A DNA stretch of 64,000 nt. Source: Nitrospiria bacterium (GTDB lineage: Bacteria; Nitrospirota; Nitrospiria; JACQBZ01). Under the pieces are notes generated by a model. It made no database searches. It was not told where the DNA came from and saw only the letters and a program-made list of their open reading frames with translations. Each line of letters starts with the position of its first letter. Position 1 is the stretch's first letter. Positions 9,713-18,480 of the stretch are shown piece after piece. The stretch lies in NCBI GenBank assembly GCA_035517655.1, contig DATIYJ010000044.1, positions 4,215 through 68,214 on the forward strand, read 5' to 3'. Made by a program: the position numbers and the translations under genes.

Positions 9713-10570
9713 ATGGGCCATCCGATAGAAAAATACCGCCTTGAATGGCGCGACTTGGAAATGGCCGGAAGGGACTACCGAACTCCTAAACGACTTGGCC
9801 GCATCATGAACAATTGGACCCGAAAAATCCGTAGCGGCGATTTTCGCGCGGCGGCGAAGTTAATCACGGCGATCGAGCGGGGCGATCCGTCCGCGGTTCC
9901 GATCTTAAAGTCCCTGTATCCATACACCGGCCGGGCCCGGATCATCGGAATCACCGGATCGACCGGAACCGGCAAGAGCAGCTTGATCAACGGCCTTACG
10001 ACCGGCTACCGTCGTCTGCGGCAACGGGTGGGCATCCTGGCCGTGGATCCCACCAGCCCGATTTCCGGCGGTGCGATCTTAGGCGACCGGATCCGGATGC
10101 GGGAGCATTTTACCGATCCCGGCGTTTTCATCCGCAGCATCGCCAGCCGCGGCGCCCCGGGCGGGCTCCCGGTTCTGGTTCTGGCCGAAGCGGTGCACGT
10201 CTTGGACGCGCTTGGAATGGATGTGGTCTTCATCGAGACGATCGGCGTCGGCCAGGATCAGACGGCCGTTTCCTCCATCGCACGGACCACCGTGGTCGTC
10301 CTCAACCCGACCATGGGAGACGAGGTTCAGCTTTTAAAGGCCGGGATCATGGAGGTGGCGGATTTATTCGTGGTGAACAAAGCGGATCTGCCCGGGGGGG
10401 ACACGATGGCGATTCATTTGTCCGATCTGTCCGGGTCCGAGCGTCCCATTCCGGTTTTCAAAACCTCGGCCCTCAAACAGCTCGGCATCGACGAGCTCAT
10501 CAAAGGGTTGAACGATCTGGCCCGGAAGACCCGGCAAGCCCGACAACCGAAAGGAACCGATCGCCGATGA
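9713..10570 (+). CDS. MeaB/ArgK-like G-protein chaperone of B12-dependent acyl-CoA mutases
   Basis: P-loop GITGSTGTGKSS, ArgK/MeaB-type switch regions (ILAVDPTSPISGGAILGDRIRM), NKAD guanine-specificity motif. The true start may be an internal Met; coordinates are the ORF-track start. Confidence 0.75.
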   Translation: MGHPIEKYRLEWRDLEMAGRDYRTPKRLGRIMNNWTRKIRSGDFRAAAKLITAIERGDPSAVPILKSLYPYTGRARIIGITGSTGTGKSSLINGLTTGYRRLRQRVGILAVDPTSPISGGAILGDRIRMREHFTDPGVFIRSIASRGAPGGLPVLVLAEAVHVLDALGMDVVFIETIGVGQDQTAVSSIARTTVVVLNPTMGDEVQLLKAGIMEVADLFVVNKADLPGGDTMAIHLSDLSGSERPIPVFKTSALKQLGIDELIKGLNDLARKTRQARQPKGTDRR

Positions 10571-11949
10571 CGACCCTGGCTGAGCGATTGGCCGCCTTCG
10601 CCCACGGGCTATCGTTCGACGATCTGCCGCGCAACGTGGTCCATGAAGTCAAGCGGCGGGTGATCGATTCGATCGGTTGCGCGATCGGGGCGTTTGATTC
10701 GGAGCCCTGCCGGATCGCCCGAACGGTGGCCCGTCTCGTCACGAGCCGGTATCCGGCCACCCTGATCGGGACCGCGCACGCGTCCGCGCCGGATCTGGCC
10801 GCCTTTGCGAACGGAACGATGATCCGGTACCTTGACTACAACGACACGTATCTCTCGAAGGAGCCGGCCCATCCCAGCGACAACATCGCGGCCGCGCTGG
10901 CCGTCGCCGAGGCGGAAGGCGCCGGCGGAAAGGCCCTGATCGCCTCGATCGTCGTCGGTTACGAGATCCAATGCCGGCTGTGCGACGCGGCCGCTCTGCG
11001 CACGCGGGGCTGGGATCATGTCACCTACGGCCCCTTGTCCACCGCGCTGGTCGCGGCCAAGCTGATGGGCCTGCCGCAGGCGTCGATGGTCCACGCGCTC
11101 GGACTGGCGGGCGTTCCCAATATCGCCCTCCGGCAGACGCGCGTCGGCGATCTGTCGATGTGGAAAGGCTGCGCGTTCGCCAACGCCGCTCGGAACGGGG
11201 TCTTCGCGGCGTGGCTGGCCAAACAGGGGATGACCGGACCGGCGCCGCTGTTCGAGGGAGAAAAAGGATTCTTCCGACAAGTCACGGGCCCGTTTGACCT
11301 GCCGCCGCTGGCTGAAAAGGGGCGGCCGTTTAAGATCATGGATACGTATATCAAATTCTATCCGGCCGAATACCATGCCCAGAGCGCCATCGAAGCCGCA
11401 CTGCTGCTTCGACCCAATTTTGCACTCAAAGACATCCGTACCATCGCCGTGAAAACGTTCGATGTCGCGGTCGAGATCATCGGAAAAGACCCCGAGAAAT
11501 GGCGGCCCCGCAACCGTGAGACGGCGGATCACAGCTTGCCTTACCTTGTCGCCGTGGCGCTTATGGACGGCCGCGTCGGGCTTGACCAGTTCACGGAAGC
11601 TCGGATCGCGGATCGCCGCCTCCAGGCGCTGATTCAAAAGGTAGCGGTCACGGCCGATCCCGCGTTCGACCGGGCCTATCCCGAGGCCATGCCGAATCAG
11701 GTCCAGGTGAAGACCGTCGATGGCCGCTCCCACGCTCTTAAAGTCACCTATCCCAAAGGGCATCCGAAACGTCCCTTAACGGATAGCGAGTTGGAGGCGA
11801 AATTCAGTTCGCTGGCCGAACCGAGGCTCTCCAAGAAACAGATCCGAAGGCTTTTAGATCGTCTCTGGAAGCTGGACGCCTTAGAAAAAATGGACGATCT
11901 CCTCTCCCTTTGTATCGTCCCCGGAAAACGGAAAGGACGTCCGACATGA
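10567..11949 (+). CDS. MmgE/PrpD family protein (2-methylcitrate dehydratase-like)
   Basis: Full-length MmgE/PrpD family similarity. Overlaps MeaB by 4 bp and PrpB by 4 bp. Confidence 0.85.
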   Translation: MTTLAERLAAFAHGLSFDDLPRNVVHEVKRRVIDSIGCAIGAFDSEPCRIARTVARLVTSRYPATLIGTAHASAPDLAAFANGTMIRYLDYNDTYLSKEPAHPSDNIAAALAVAEAEGAGGKALIASIVVGYEIQCRLCDAAALRTRGWDHVTYGPLSTALVAAKLMGLPQASMVHALGLAGVPNIALRQTRVGDLSMWKGCAFANAARNGVFAAWLAKQGMTGPAPLFEGEKGFFRQVTGPFDLPPLAEKGRPFKIMDTYIKFYPAEYHAQSAIEAALLLRPNFALKDIRTIAVKTFDVAVEIIGKDPEKWRPRNRETADHSLPYLVAVALMDGRVGLDQFTEARIADRRLQALIQKVAVTADPAFDRAYPEAMPNQVQVKTVDGRSHALKVTYPKGHPKRPLTDSELEAKFSSLAEPRLSKKQIRRLLDRLWKLDALEKMDDLLSLCIVPGKRKGRPT

Positions 11950-12836
11950 GTTCGGCTTGCCAATTACGCAAGCAACTCGATCAGGGACTGGTTGTCGCTC
12001 CGGGGGTGTTTAATGCCGTCACGGCCAAGATGGTGGAAGTCGTCGGCTTTCAGGCGGCCTATCTCTCCGGAGCCGGGCTGACCAACGCGATGACCGCCTT
12101 TCCGGACATCGGACTCTTGACGATGTCCGAGCTGGCGCAACAAACGGCCTACATCGCCTCCGCGATCCGCATCCCCTTGATCGTCGATGCCGATACCGGT
12201 TTCGGCGGGCCGCTCAGCGTGGCCCGGACCGTTCGAGAACTGGAGCGGGCCGGCGCCGCGGCCATCCAGATCGAAGACCAGCAAGACCCGAAACGGTGCG
12301 GTCATCTGGCCGGAAAACGCTTGATCCCGGCGAATGCCATGGCCGAAAAGATCCGCTCGGCCGCAAAAGCTCGGAGGAACCCCGACCTCGTCATTATCGC
12401 GCGGACGGATGCCCGCGGGGTGGAGGGCTTGAAGGCCGCCATCGACCGGGCTCGCCGATACCGGGAAGCCGGTGCGGATATGATTTTTCCCGAGGCGCCG
12501 GAGTCGGCCGCGGAATTTTCCCGATTTGCAGACCGCGTGCCGGGACCACTGATGGCCAACATGACCGAATTCGGAAAAAGCCCGTACGTGTCGGTTCGAG
12601 AGTTCGATCGGCTGGGATATCGATTGGTCATCTTTCCGATGACGATTTTCCGCGTCATGATGAAATCGGCGGAGTCCGCCCTCCATGAACTCAAACGGAG
12701 CGGAACGCAACGCAGGCTTTTAAGCCGGATGCAAACGCGGAAGGAATTGTATGCGCTGTTGAATTACGAGGAGTATGAAAAGATGGAGGCGGAAGCATCA
12801 AGCTCGCGGACACGATCTCCTAAACGCCGCGACTAA
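11946..12836 (+). CDS. Isocitrate lyase/PEP mutase superfamily enzyme, methylisocitrate lyase (PrpB)-like
   Basis: Signature IVDADTGFGG and EDQQDPKRCGHLAGK. Start ATG overlaps the PrpD stop (ATGA). Confidence 0.8.
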   Translation: MSSACQLRKQLDQGLVVAPGVFNAVTAKMVEVVGFQAAYLSGAGLTNAMTAFPDIGLLTMSELAQQTAYIASAIRIPLIVDADTGFGGPLSVARTVRELERAGAAAIQIEDQQDPKRCGHLAGKRLIPANAMAEKIRSAAKARRNPDLVIIARTDARGVEGLKAAIDRARRYREAGADMIFPEAPESAAEFSRFADRVPGPLMANMTEFGKSPYVSVREFDRLGYRLVIFPMTIFRVMMKSAESALHELKRSGTQRRLLSRMQTRKELYALLNYEEYEKMEAEASSSRTRSPKRRD

Positions 12837-12855
12837 ATCGTCCCGAGCCCCCCTG

Positions 12856-13443
12856 CTAGGAGCCTTTCTTGATCTCCAGGATAACCTGTTTGGCAATCTC
12901 CTTAAGAGTCTCGAACACACCCTGCCCCTGGGGAGCGACCGCCTCGAAGAAAGGAACCCCTTTGGGGTTTAACGCCTGGTTCAATTCCTCCACCGAAACG
13001 GCGCTGGGCAGATCCCGCTTATTGTATTGGACGACAAACGGAAGATTGTCGAGATTGTACCCTTGTTCCTGGAGATTCTTCCGCAGGTTGTCCATGCTTT
13101 CAATGTTGGCCTCCATCCGTTCCGTCTGAGAGTCCGCAACGAACACCACGCCGTCCACTCCTTTGAGAATCAATTTTCGACTCGCATCGTAGAAAACCTG
13201 GCCGGGAACGGTGTAGAGATGAAATCGGACCTTGAAGCCTTTAATGTTTCCCAGGGCCAACGGCAGAAAATCAAAAAAGAGCGTTCGTTCACTTTCGGTG
13301 GCGAGCGAGATCATCTTTCCTTTGCTGTCGGGGTTCGTCTTTTTGTAAATGTACTGGAGGTTGGTCGTTTTTCCCCCCAGACCGGGACCGTAAAAGACGA
13401 TCTTGCAGTTGATCTCGCGCGCGGAATAATTGATAAACGACAT
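12856..13443 (-). CDS. mglA: Ras-like small GTPase MglA
   Basis: Near-colinear with Myxococcus MglA: [33 protein letters not shown]... 195 aa. Confidence 0.9.
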   Translation of the reverse strand: MSFINYSAREINCKIVFYGPGLGGKTTNLQYIYKKTNPDSKGKMISLATESERTLFFDFLPLALGNIKGFKVRFHLYTVPGQVFYDASRKLILKGVDGVVFVADSQTERMEANIESMDNLRKNLQEQGYNLDNLPFVVQYNKRDLPSAVSVEELNQALNPKGVPFFEAVAPQGQGVFETLKEIAKQVILEIKKGS

Positions 13444-13485
13444 GCAGACCCGTTCCCTTGTTAAACCCCGACCGAGTGCAGACGA

Positions 13486-14001
13486 TCAGCCAAACAGCTT
13501 TTCAATGTCATCTTCCGTAATTTCGGCGAAAGGAGACTTCGACGACTCCTTGGGTGTCCCGCCGCCTGCGGCGGTCGGAGCCTTGACCTGATCCACTTTT
13601 TGCAGGATCTTTTGTAAGATTTGACCCAGGACCTCAACGCTTTTTTTAACCCGCAAACGCACCAGTCCCAACGAAGACCGTTGGTCGAAGATCACGACGA
13701 GAATGACCCGGCCGACCAGCGAGATATGAATATTGTCCCGCTCCCCCTCGTGGAATAAAATCGAGAAGTCTTTCTCACCCAACAGCTTGGCCATTCCGCC
13801 GGTCGCAGCGATGTTCCCCGCCGTCAAAGAGGCCAGAGAGGTGGTGTCCAGATTTTCCGTCTCGCCGATCGCCGAAATCAGCTGGCCGTTCTTATCCACC
13901 AGAAACGTGACCTTGGCGTTGGCCTGTTGGTGAAGCCGGCGGAGCTCGGCGTCGATTTGCTTGAACTCCTCCTCGTACATGATCAATCCAGGATCGGGCA
14001 T
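13486..14001 (-). CDS. mglB: MglB, Roadblock/LC7-domain GAP of MglA
   Basis: Matches MglB: VMYEEEF...ANAKVTFLVDKNGQLISAIGETENLDTTSLASLTAGN, and a C-terminal SPFAEITEDDIEKLFG tail. Immediately upstream of mglA. Confidence 0.85.
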   Translation of the reverse strand: MPDPGLIMYEEEFKQIDAELRRLHQQANAKVTFLVDKNGQLISAIGETENLDTTSLASLTAGNIAATGGMAKLLGEKDFSILFHEGERDNIHISLVGRVILVVIFDQRSSLGLVRLRVKKSVEVLGQILQKILQKVDQVKAPTAAGGGTPKESSKSPFAEITEDDIEKLFG

Positions 14002-14037
14002 ACTTCAACCTCTCCCGTGGTTTAAAAAATCTATGGA

Positions 14038-14066
14038 ATTATAGAGGAATTATAAGGAGGTTGCAA
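14038..14066 (-). promoter_or_regulatory. Candidate sigma70 promoter for mglBA (TTGCAA-N17-TATAAT on the - strand)
   Basis: -35 at 14061-14066, -10 at 14038-14043, 17-nt spacer, about 30 nt upstream of the mglB ATG. GGGAGAGG RBS follows. Confidence 0.45.
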
Positions 14067-14098
14067 GCGCCGGATTCAAACGGCGCGCCGAGGGCGGA

Positions 14099-14383
14099 TC
14101 AGGGTCCGGATGAATTTTCATCCCAGACGGCCCCTTCGTCCAGAAACCCGCTTTCTTCTTCTGAAGAGCCGGCGGGCTCGGACAAGCGGGCGTAGTGCCG
14201 GGCCCAGGTGACGTAGATGTTCCCGCTGTCGTGCATGGCCGAACAGGCTTTCGTCCATTGCTGCAGTCCATCGACGTCGCCCGCCTGCTGTAATTCGGCC
14301 GCGCGCTTCTCAAAGGCCCGGTTGAGATTCTCGATCGCTCGGGTGACTTCGACGATGGATTCCCGGATTTCTTGATTATCCAC
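14099..14383 (-). CDS. Small hypothetical protein (94 aa, acidic C-terminus) between the FHA-like gene and mglB
   Basis: ORF with a plausible AGGAA RBS. 28 bp downstream of the FHA-like gene. No recognisable domain. Confidence 0.4.
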   Translation of the reverse strand: MDNQEIRESIVEVTRAIENLNRAFEKRAAELQQAGDVDGLQQWTKACSAMHDSGNIYVTWARHYARLSEPAGSSEEESGFLDEGAVWDENSSGP

Positions 14384-14411
14384 CAGCGGTTTCCTGAAGT
14401 TTTCGGGATGC

Positions 14412-15224
14412 CTAACCGGCCAACAACACCGAATCGACCACGGCTCCGAAGAACGTCGTCTCTAGGTTCTGATGATGGCGCAGGAGCTGCTCCAGCGCGA
14501 ACCGTCCCCTTGCAACGGGATCCTGCCGGCTCGCCGGTTCGGCCGCCTTCAAGAAGGCCTGGGCGGCCTGCTGATAACGGGCCAGGCCGTCTTTCGTGAG
14601 AAGGTCGATGCGCGTCCCGTTTGGAGTATTGTGGTCCTCGATGTTTATTTCATCACCGGATATCGCGAGGGTCAAATGTTCTTTCTCGATATACCTCCCG
14701 GAAATTTGAATATAACCCTTCTCCTCCGCGGCGGCGGGACGGTTTCCGATCAGATACTGACCGTCGCGAAGGCGACGGACCAGGCCGTAATCCCTCCCGA
14801 TCGTGGTATCCCGGACGGTCATGTACCAGTCCCCCTTCTTCGGGTCTCGGATAAAATAGACCGAGAGAACGCCGATATTGAGTCGAAATATGGGGGAATG
14901 AAACCGATAGCGATTGTTCCCCATTCCCCCGATAAAGGCATGCTCGATGCTCTTTTCCGATTCGAAGAAAAGCCGGTATTTAAACAGACCGGCCGCGACC
15001 TCCGTGATCCGACCGTCCTCAACCAGACCATGCAAATGGGACTTTATCTGCTCCACGGTCTGGGCCTGCTTTTGCGGATCCTTAGGAGATTGCAACTTGA
15101 GAAGCAGAATCAGATCTTCGGCCAGAAAGGCCCGGTGGGGTTCCCGTTCCAGCGTTTTTAAGATAAGGTCTTTTAAAGAGGGCGGGGCGACAGTCGGGGT
15201 TTGCGGGTTTGTTGTTATTTCCAT
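14412..15224 (-). CDS. Hypothetical protein with N-terminal winged-helix-like region and C-terminal FHA-like domain
   Basis: C-terminal segment IGNRP...ISGRYIEKEH...EDHNTPNGTRID resembles an FHA domain but is divergent at canonical pThr-binding positions. 270 aa. Confidence 0.55.
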   Translation of the reverse strand: MEITTNPQTPTVAPPSLKDLILKTLEREPHRAFLAEDLILLLKLQSPKDPQKQAQTVEQIKSHLHGLVEDGRITEVAAGLFKYRLFFESEKSIEHAFIGGMGNNRYRFHSPIFRLNIGVLSVYFIRDPKKGDWYMTVRDTTIGRDYGLVRRLRDGQYLIGNRPAAAEEKGYIQISGRYIEKEHLTLAISGDEINIEDHNTPNGTRIDLLTKDGLARYQQAAQAFLKAAEPASRQDPVARGRFALEQLLRHHQNLETTFFGAVVDSVLLAG

Positions 15225-15299
15225 CGTCTCTCCGAATCCAAGAGGAATTCCCCCCCACAGCGATGACGCGAGGGGGGCTTTGCTTGTGGATGGCCGTGA

Positions 15300-15587
15300 T
15301 TACCCTTGGTAGGCTTGGCCGAGCGCGGCCGCTTCGGCCTTATGCTTGTCAAGCATGATCTCGCCGGTGGCGCCATCGACGGGGGCCATGATAATCGCAT
15401 TGTGCTTGGCCGCGTCACAAACCACGACGCAGAGCTCGCATCCTTTGCAGCGCTCGATAACCACAAACGCCTTCATTTTCCGGGTATCGAGCTTGATGCA
15501 GTCAGCTTCCGGGCAGTACATGATGCAAAGCCGACATCCTTTATTGGCGACACACTTCTCATCTTCTACATAGGCGATATTATACAC
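15300..15587 (-). CDS. porD: 2-oxoacid:ferredoxin oxidoreductase delta subunit (two [4Fe-4S] ferredoxin)
   Basis: Two CxxCxxCxxxCP motifs (CRLCIMYCP, CKGCELCVVVC). GTG start chosen at 15587 with a GAGGG RBS, just after the gamma-subunit stop. The ORF-track N-terminal extension overlaps the gamma gene. Confidence 0.7.
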   Translation of the reverse strand: MYNIAYVEDEKCVANKGCRLCIMYCPEADCIKLDTRKMKAFVVIERCKGCELCVVVCDAAKHNAIIMAPVDGATGEIMLDKHKAEAAALGQAYQG

Positions 15588-15603
15588 GGGACCAACCCTC
15601 TGG

Positions 15604-16290
15604 TTAGACGGCCACGGCCAATTTCCGGTTCTCGGCCCAAGCGGAGGCCAACTCATACGATTTTTTGATCGTGGCCATGTTCTTCTGCAGCAACTGTTCC
15701 TTCTTGGCGAACTTCTTCTTGATCGCCTCATCCAGCGTGGCCGTTCCTCCGGAGGCCACGTACTTCTTGCCGAACCGCTCTTGAATGGCCTGGTCCACCG
15801 CCTCCATCGTCACCACCTTGGAAATGCCGGTGACCGCGCCGATCATGGCCATATTCGAGGCCAACTCGGTTCCGGCGATCTCAAGCGCCAGCGCTGTGCC
15901 GTCAAACGTGTAGACGGCCACGTTCAATTCCTTCAGATGCTCTTTGTCTTCATCGTTCAGCAGGTCCGAATTGGAATTGATGATCAACAACCCGCCTTTT
16001 TTGATGCCCGAATAGAAAGGCGCCGTGTAACTTTTCTGCAGAGTGATCACCTGGGGATGGAATACCATAATAATATCCGGATAGACAAGCTCTCCCCGAT
16101 CATAAATCCGCTCGGAGCCGATCCGGCAGTAACTCTCGGCCGGGGCCATTCGTTTCTCGGCTCCGAAGAAAGGATTCGAAATCGAAAATTTCCCGTCTTT
16201 GTTGGCGGCCATGGCCATCACGTGGGCCGAGGTCACCACCCCTTGGCCGCCCAATCCGGACATTCGAATATTCGTGCGTTTCTTCAACAT
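15604..16290 (-). CDS. porG: 2-oxoacid:ferredoxin oxidoreductase gamma subunit
   Basis: POR/KOR gamma family (MSGLGGQGVVTSAHVMAMAA). 228 aa. Confidence 0.8.
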   Translation of the reverse strand: MLKKRTNIRMSGLGGQGVVTSAHVMAMAANKDGKFSISNPFFGAEKRMAPAESYCRIGSERIYDRGELVYPDIIMVFHPQVITLQKSYTAPFYSGIKKGGLLIINSNSDLLNDEDKEHLKELNVAVYTFDGTALALEIAGTELASNMAMIGAVTGISKVVTMEAVDQAIQERFGKKYVASGGTATLDEAIKKKFAKKEQLLQKNMATIKKSYELASAWAENRKLAVAV

Positions 16291-16304
16291 GGCGATGCTC
16301 CCTC

Positions 16305-17201
16305 TTATGCTGCCGGCTGGGTCGCCGCAATGGCCGCCGTCTTTTTCTTCGCCTCGATGTCGGCCAGAAACTGCTTGGCTTCGTCGGTGATGTACTCTTT
16401 GTAATTGAAGCGCTCGCCCGGCTTTTCGGAATCGCGCATCTCCTGAAGGCCTTCCATGCTGTTCTTGCCGATCTCAAGGATGCAAGGAGTGTACATCTGA
16501 ATGTAGGTCGGCCCGACCTCGCGGGCCAGCAGCACCGCGTTCTTGATCACCTTCTCCACCAAGGAAGGCTTGCTGACCGTCAGGTTGACGACGTAACAAC
16601 AGCCCGACTCCCGCGCGATCTCAGGCAACCGAACCTTGTCGAACTTCTTGCCCGTCGGAGCCATCTTGGCCACGAAACCCTTGCGCATCAGACCGGATTC
16701 CTGTCCGCCCGTGTTGGCATAGAGCTCGTTGTCAAAACAGATCGTCGTGAATTTTTCCTGACGGAACCAGGCCTGCAACGTCATGTCGAGACCGATATCC
16801 ACCGTCGCCCCGTCGCCGGCCAGCACCACCACGTCCTTGATCCGGTCCGGGAATCGGACGGTGAGAGCCCGTTTGAGTCCGCTGGCAACGGCGTTCTGGT
16901 TGCCGAACAATGAATGGATGTTGTGCACCGCCACCATGGGGAAAACAAGGCTCGTGCAACCGGTGGATCCGACCATCACGGTGTCTTCCGGATTGGGAAG
17001 GGAAGCGAGGATGTATCGGAAGGCCATCGACTCGGGACAGCCGGCGCAAAGCGAATGCGCCTCGATCAGCTCTTTGCTGTTCCCGATATCTTTCCAGCCA
17101 CGGTCCTCATTCCCGTAGGTGGATTGCTCGACCAGATCGCGATACTCCGGGGGCATGATATCAAAAAACTCGGGACAGATCTGAATCTTTTCTTTGCTCA
17201 T
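16305..17201 (-). CDS. porB: 2-oxoacid:ferredoxin oxidoreductase beta subunit (TPP-binding)
   Basis: Beta-subunit signatures: CAGCPESMAFRYI, GSTGCTSL, GDGATVDIG TPP-binding region. Confidence 0.85.
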   Translation of the reverse strand: MSKEKIQICPEFFDIMPPEYRDLVEQSTYGNEDRGWKDIGNSKELIEAHSLCAGCPESMAFRYILASLPNPEDTVMVGSTGCTSLVFPMVAVHNIHSLFGNQNAVASGLKRALTVRFPDRIKDVVVLAGDGATVDIGLDMTLQAWFRQEKFTTICFDNELYANTGGQESGLMRKGFVAKMAPTGKKFDKVRLPEIARESGCCYVVNLTVSKPSLVEKVIKNAVLLAREVGPTYIQMYTPCILEIGKNSMEGLQEMRDSEKPGERFNYKEYITDEAKQFLADIEAKKKTAAIAATQPAA

Positions 17202-17238
17202 GACACTTCTCCTTATTTTCGCTTTAGAACGTTAGAAA

Positions 17239-18480
17239 TCAGCTGCCCCTTCCCGCCAAGGTCGCCACATGCCGACCCAGGGTTTTCTGAATCTCTTCCG
17301 CGATGACTTCGGCCGGCATCGTCATTCCACCCGCTACATGGGGGCCGGCAATGATTCGATGATTGTCCGGAAGAGCGGCCTTCAACTCTTGGGCCAACCA
17401 TCCTACGACGTTAAATTCCGGAACGAAGATGTGTTTGGCATTCTTGGTGGCCGCCCGAAGTTCTTCAAACGGGAAAGGACGCAGGCTTTTCACCTTCACC
17501 AATCCGACCCGAATTCCATCATCCTCCAGCAGCCGGATGGCCTCCCGGCCCTGGGATACGGCGGTTCCCGAAGCCACGATCAAAATCTCCGCATCCGTAT
17601 TCTCGGTCTCGATCAGGCCCCCGATCAACGGAATGGTATGTTTTCGCGACCGTTCACAGGCCGACCGGGTTTCTTCCTGCCAGGAGGCATGGGTCATGTA
17701 ACTGATATAGTTGGACTTCATTATAAAAGGATCCCGCATCATACGGACGGGCGGGCATTCCATGTCCATGCAGACCACCGGCGAACGGTAGGGATCATAG
17801 GGAGGAAGGCACATCTCCGGAGGCGTGAGCATCACCGTATCTTTGGTGTGGGTTACAAAAAACCCGTCGCAACACAGCGCGAGAGGCAGATGAACATCCG
17901 GCTGTTCGGAAACGATGTACCCCTTCAACATCCAGTCGAAGAAGTCCTGGGCCGTCTCGGCATGCCACACCAGCATCCCTGTTCCCAACAGGAAATACAT
18001 CTCCAGCGTATCCGGCTGAATGCTCAGGGGCGAGTTGATACCCCGGCAGGTCACAATCATCTGGATCGGCAAACGGGATCCAACCCACATGGGAAAATTC
18101 TCAAAGGCCCGCATCGTGCCCGGGCCCGCCGTGGTCGTAAAAACCCGGGCCCCGCCGAACGCGGCCCCGGCGCACTGGCTCATTACCGCAAACTCGCTTT
18201 CGCCGCGCATATAATCGCCGACGTACCCCTCCGCGTACAGCTCCCCGATCAACGCCGCCGCTTCGCTCTGGGGCGTGATGGGATAGGCCACCATCACATC
18301 CACGCTCGCCCGTCGGATCGCTTCCTTGATCACTTCGCTACCGGTGTAAAAGGCCGCGGTGCGAGGGGCTTCGAAGAAGAGATGGTTGGGATCCGTATAG
18401 GTCTGACCTTTTTTGTTTTGTTTGCCGATCAGGCTCTTCTGAACTTCAGATAATTCGTTGGCCATTTTAGCCTCCTCCAT
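17239..18480 (-). CDS. porA: 2-oxoacid:ferredoxin oxidoreductase alpha subunit
   Basis: Alpha-subunit domain I (AYPITPQSE) plus a transketolase-C-like domain II. 413 aa. Confidence 0.85.
   Translation of the reverse strand: MEEAKMANELSEVQKSLIGKQNKKGQTYTDPNHLFFEAPRTAAFYTGSEVIKEAIRRASVDVMVAYPITPQSEAAALIGELYAEGYVGDYMRGESEFAVMSQCAGAAFGGARVFTTTAGPGTMRAFENFPMWVGSRLPIQMIVTCRGINSPLSIQPDTLEMYFLLGTGMLVWHAETAQDFFDWMLKGYIVSEQPDVHLPLALCCDGFFVTHTKDTVMLTPPEMCLPPYDPYRSPVVCMDMECPPVRMMRDPFIMKSNYISYMTHASWQEETRSACERSRKHTIPLIGGLIETENTDAEILIVASGTAVSQGREAIRLLEDDGIRVGLVKVKSLRPFPFEELRAATKNAKHIFVPEFNVVGWLAQELKAALPDNHRIIAGPHVAGGMTMPAEVIAEEIQKTLGRHVATLAGRGS

Noticed and set aside
10609-11763. 384-aa ORF on the - strand
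   Set aside because: Antisense to the PrpD/MmgE gene; GC-frame artefact.
14472-15161. 229-aa ORF on the + strand
   Set aside because: Antisense to the FHA-like gene. No RBS and no motifs.
17269-18453. 394-aa ORF on the + strand
   Set aside because: Antisense to porA, which has clear family signatures.
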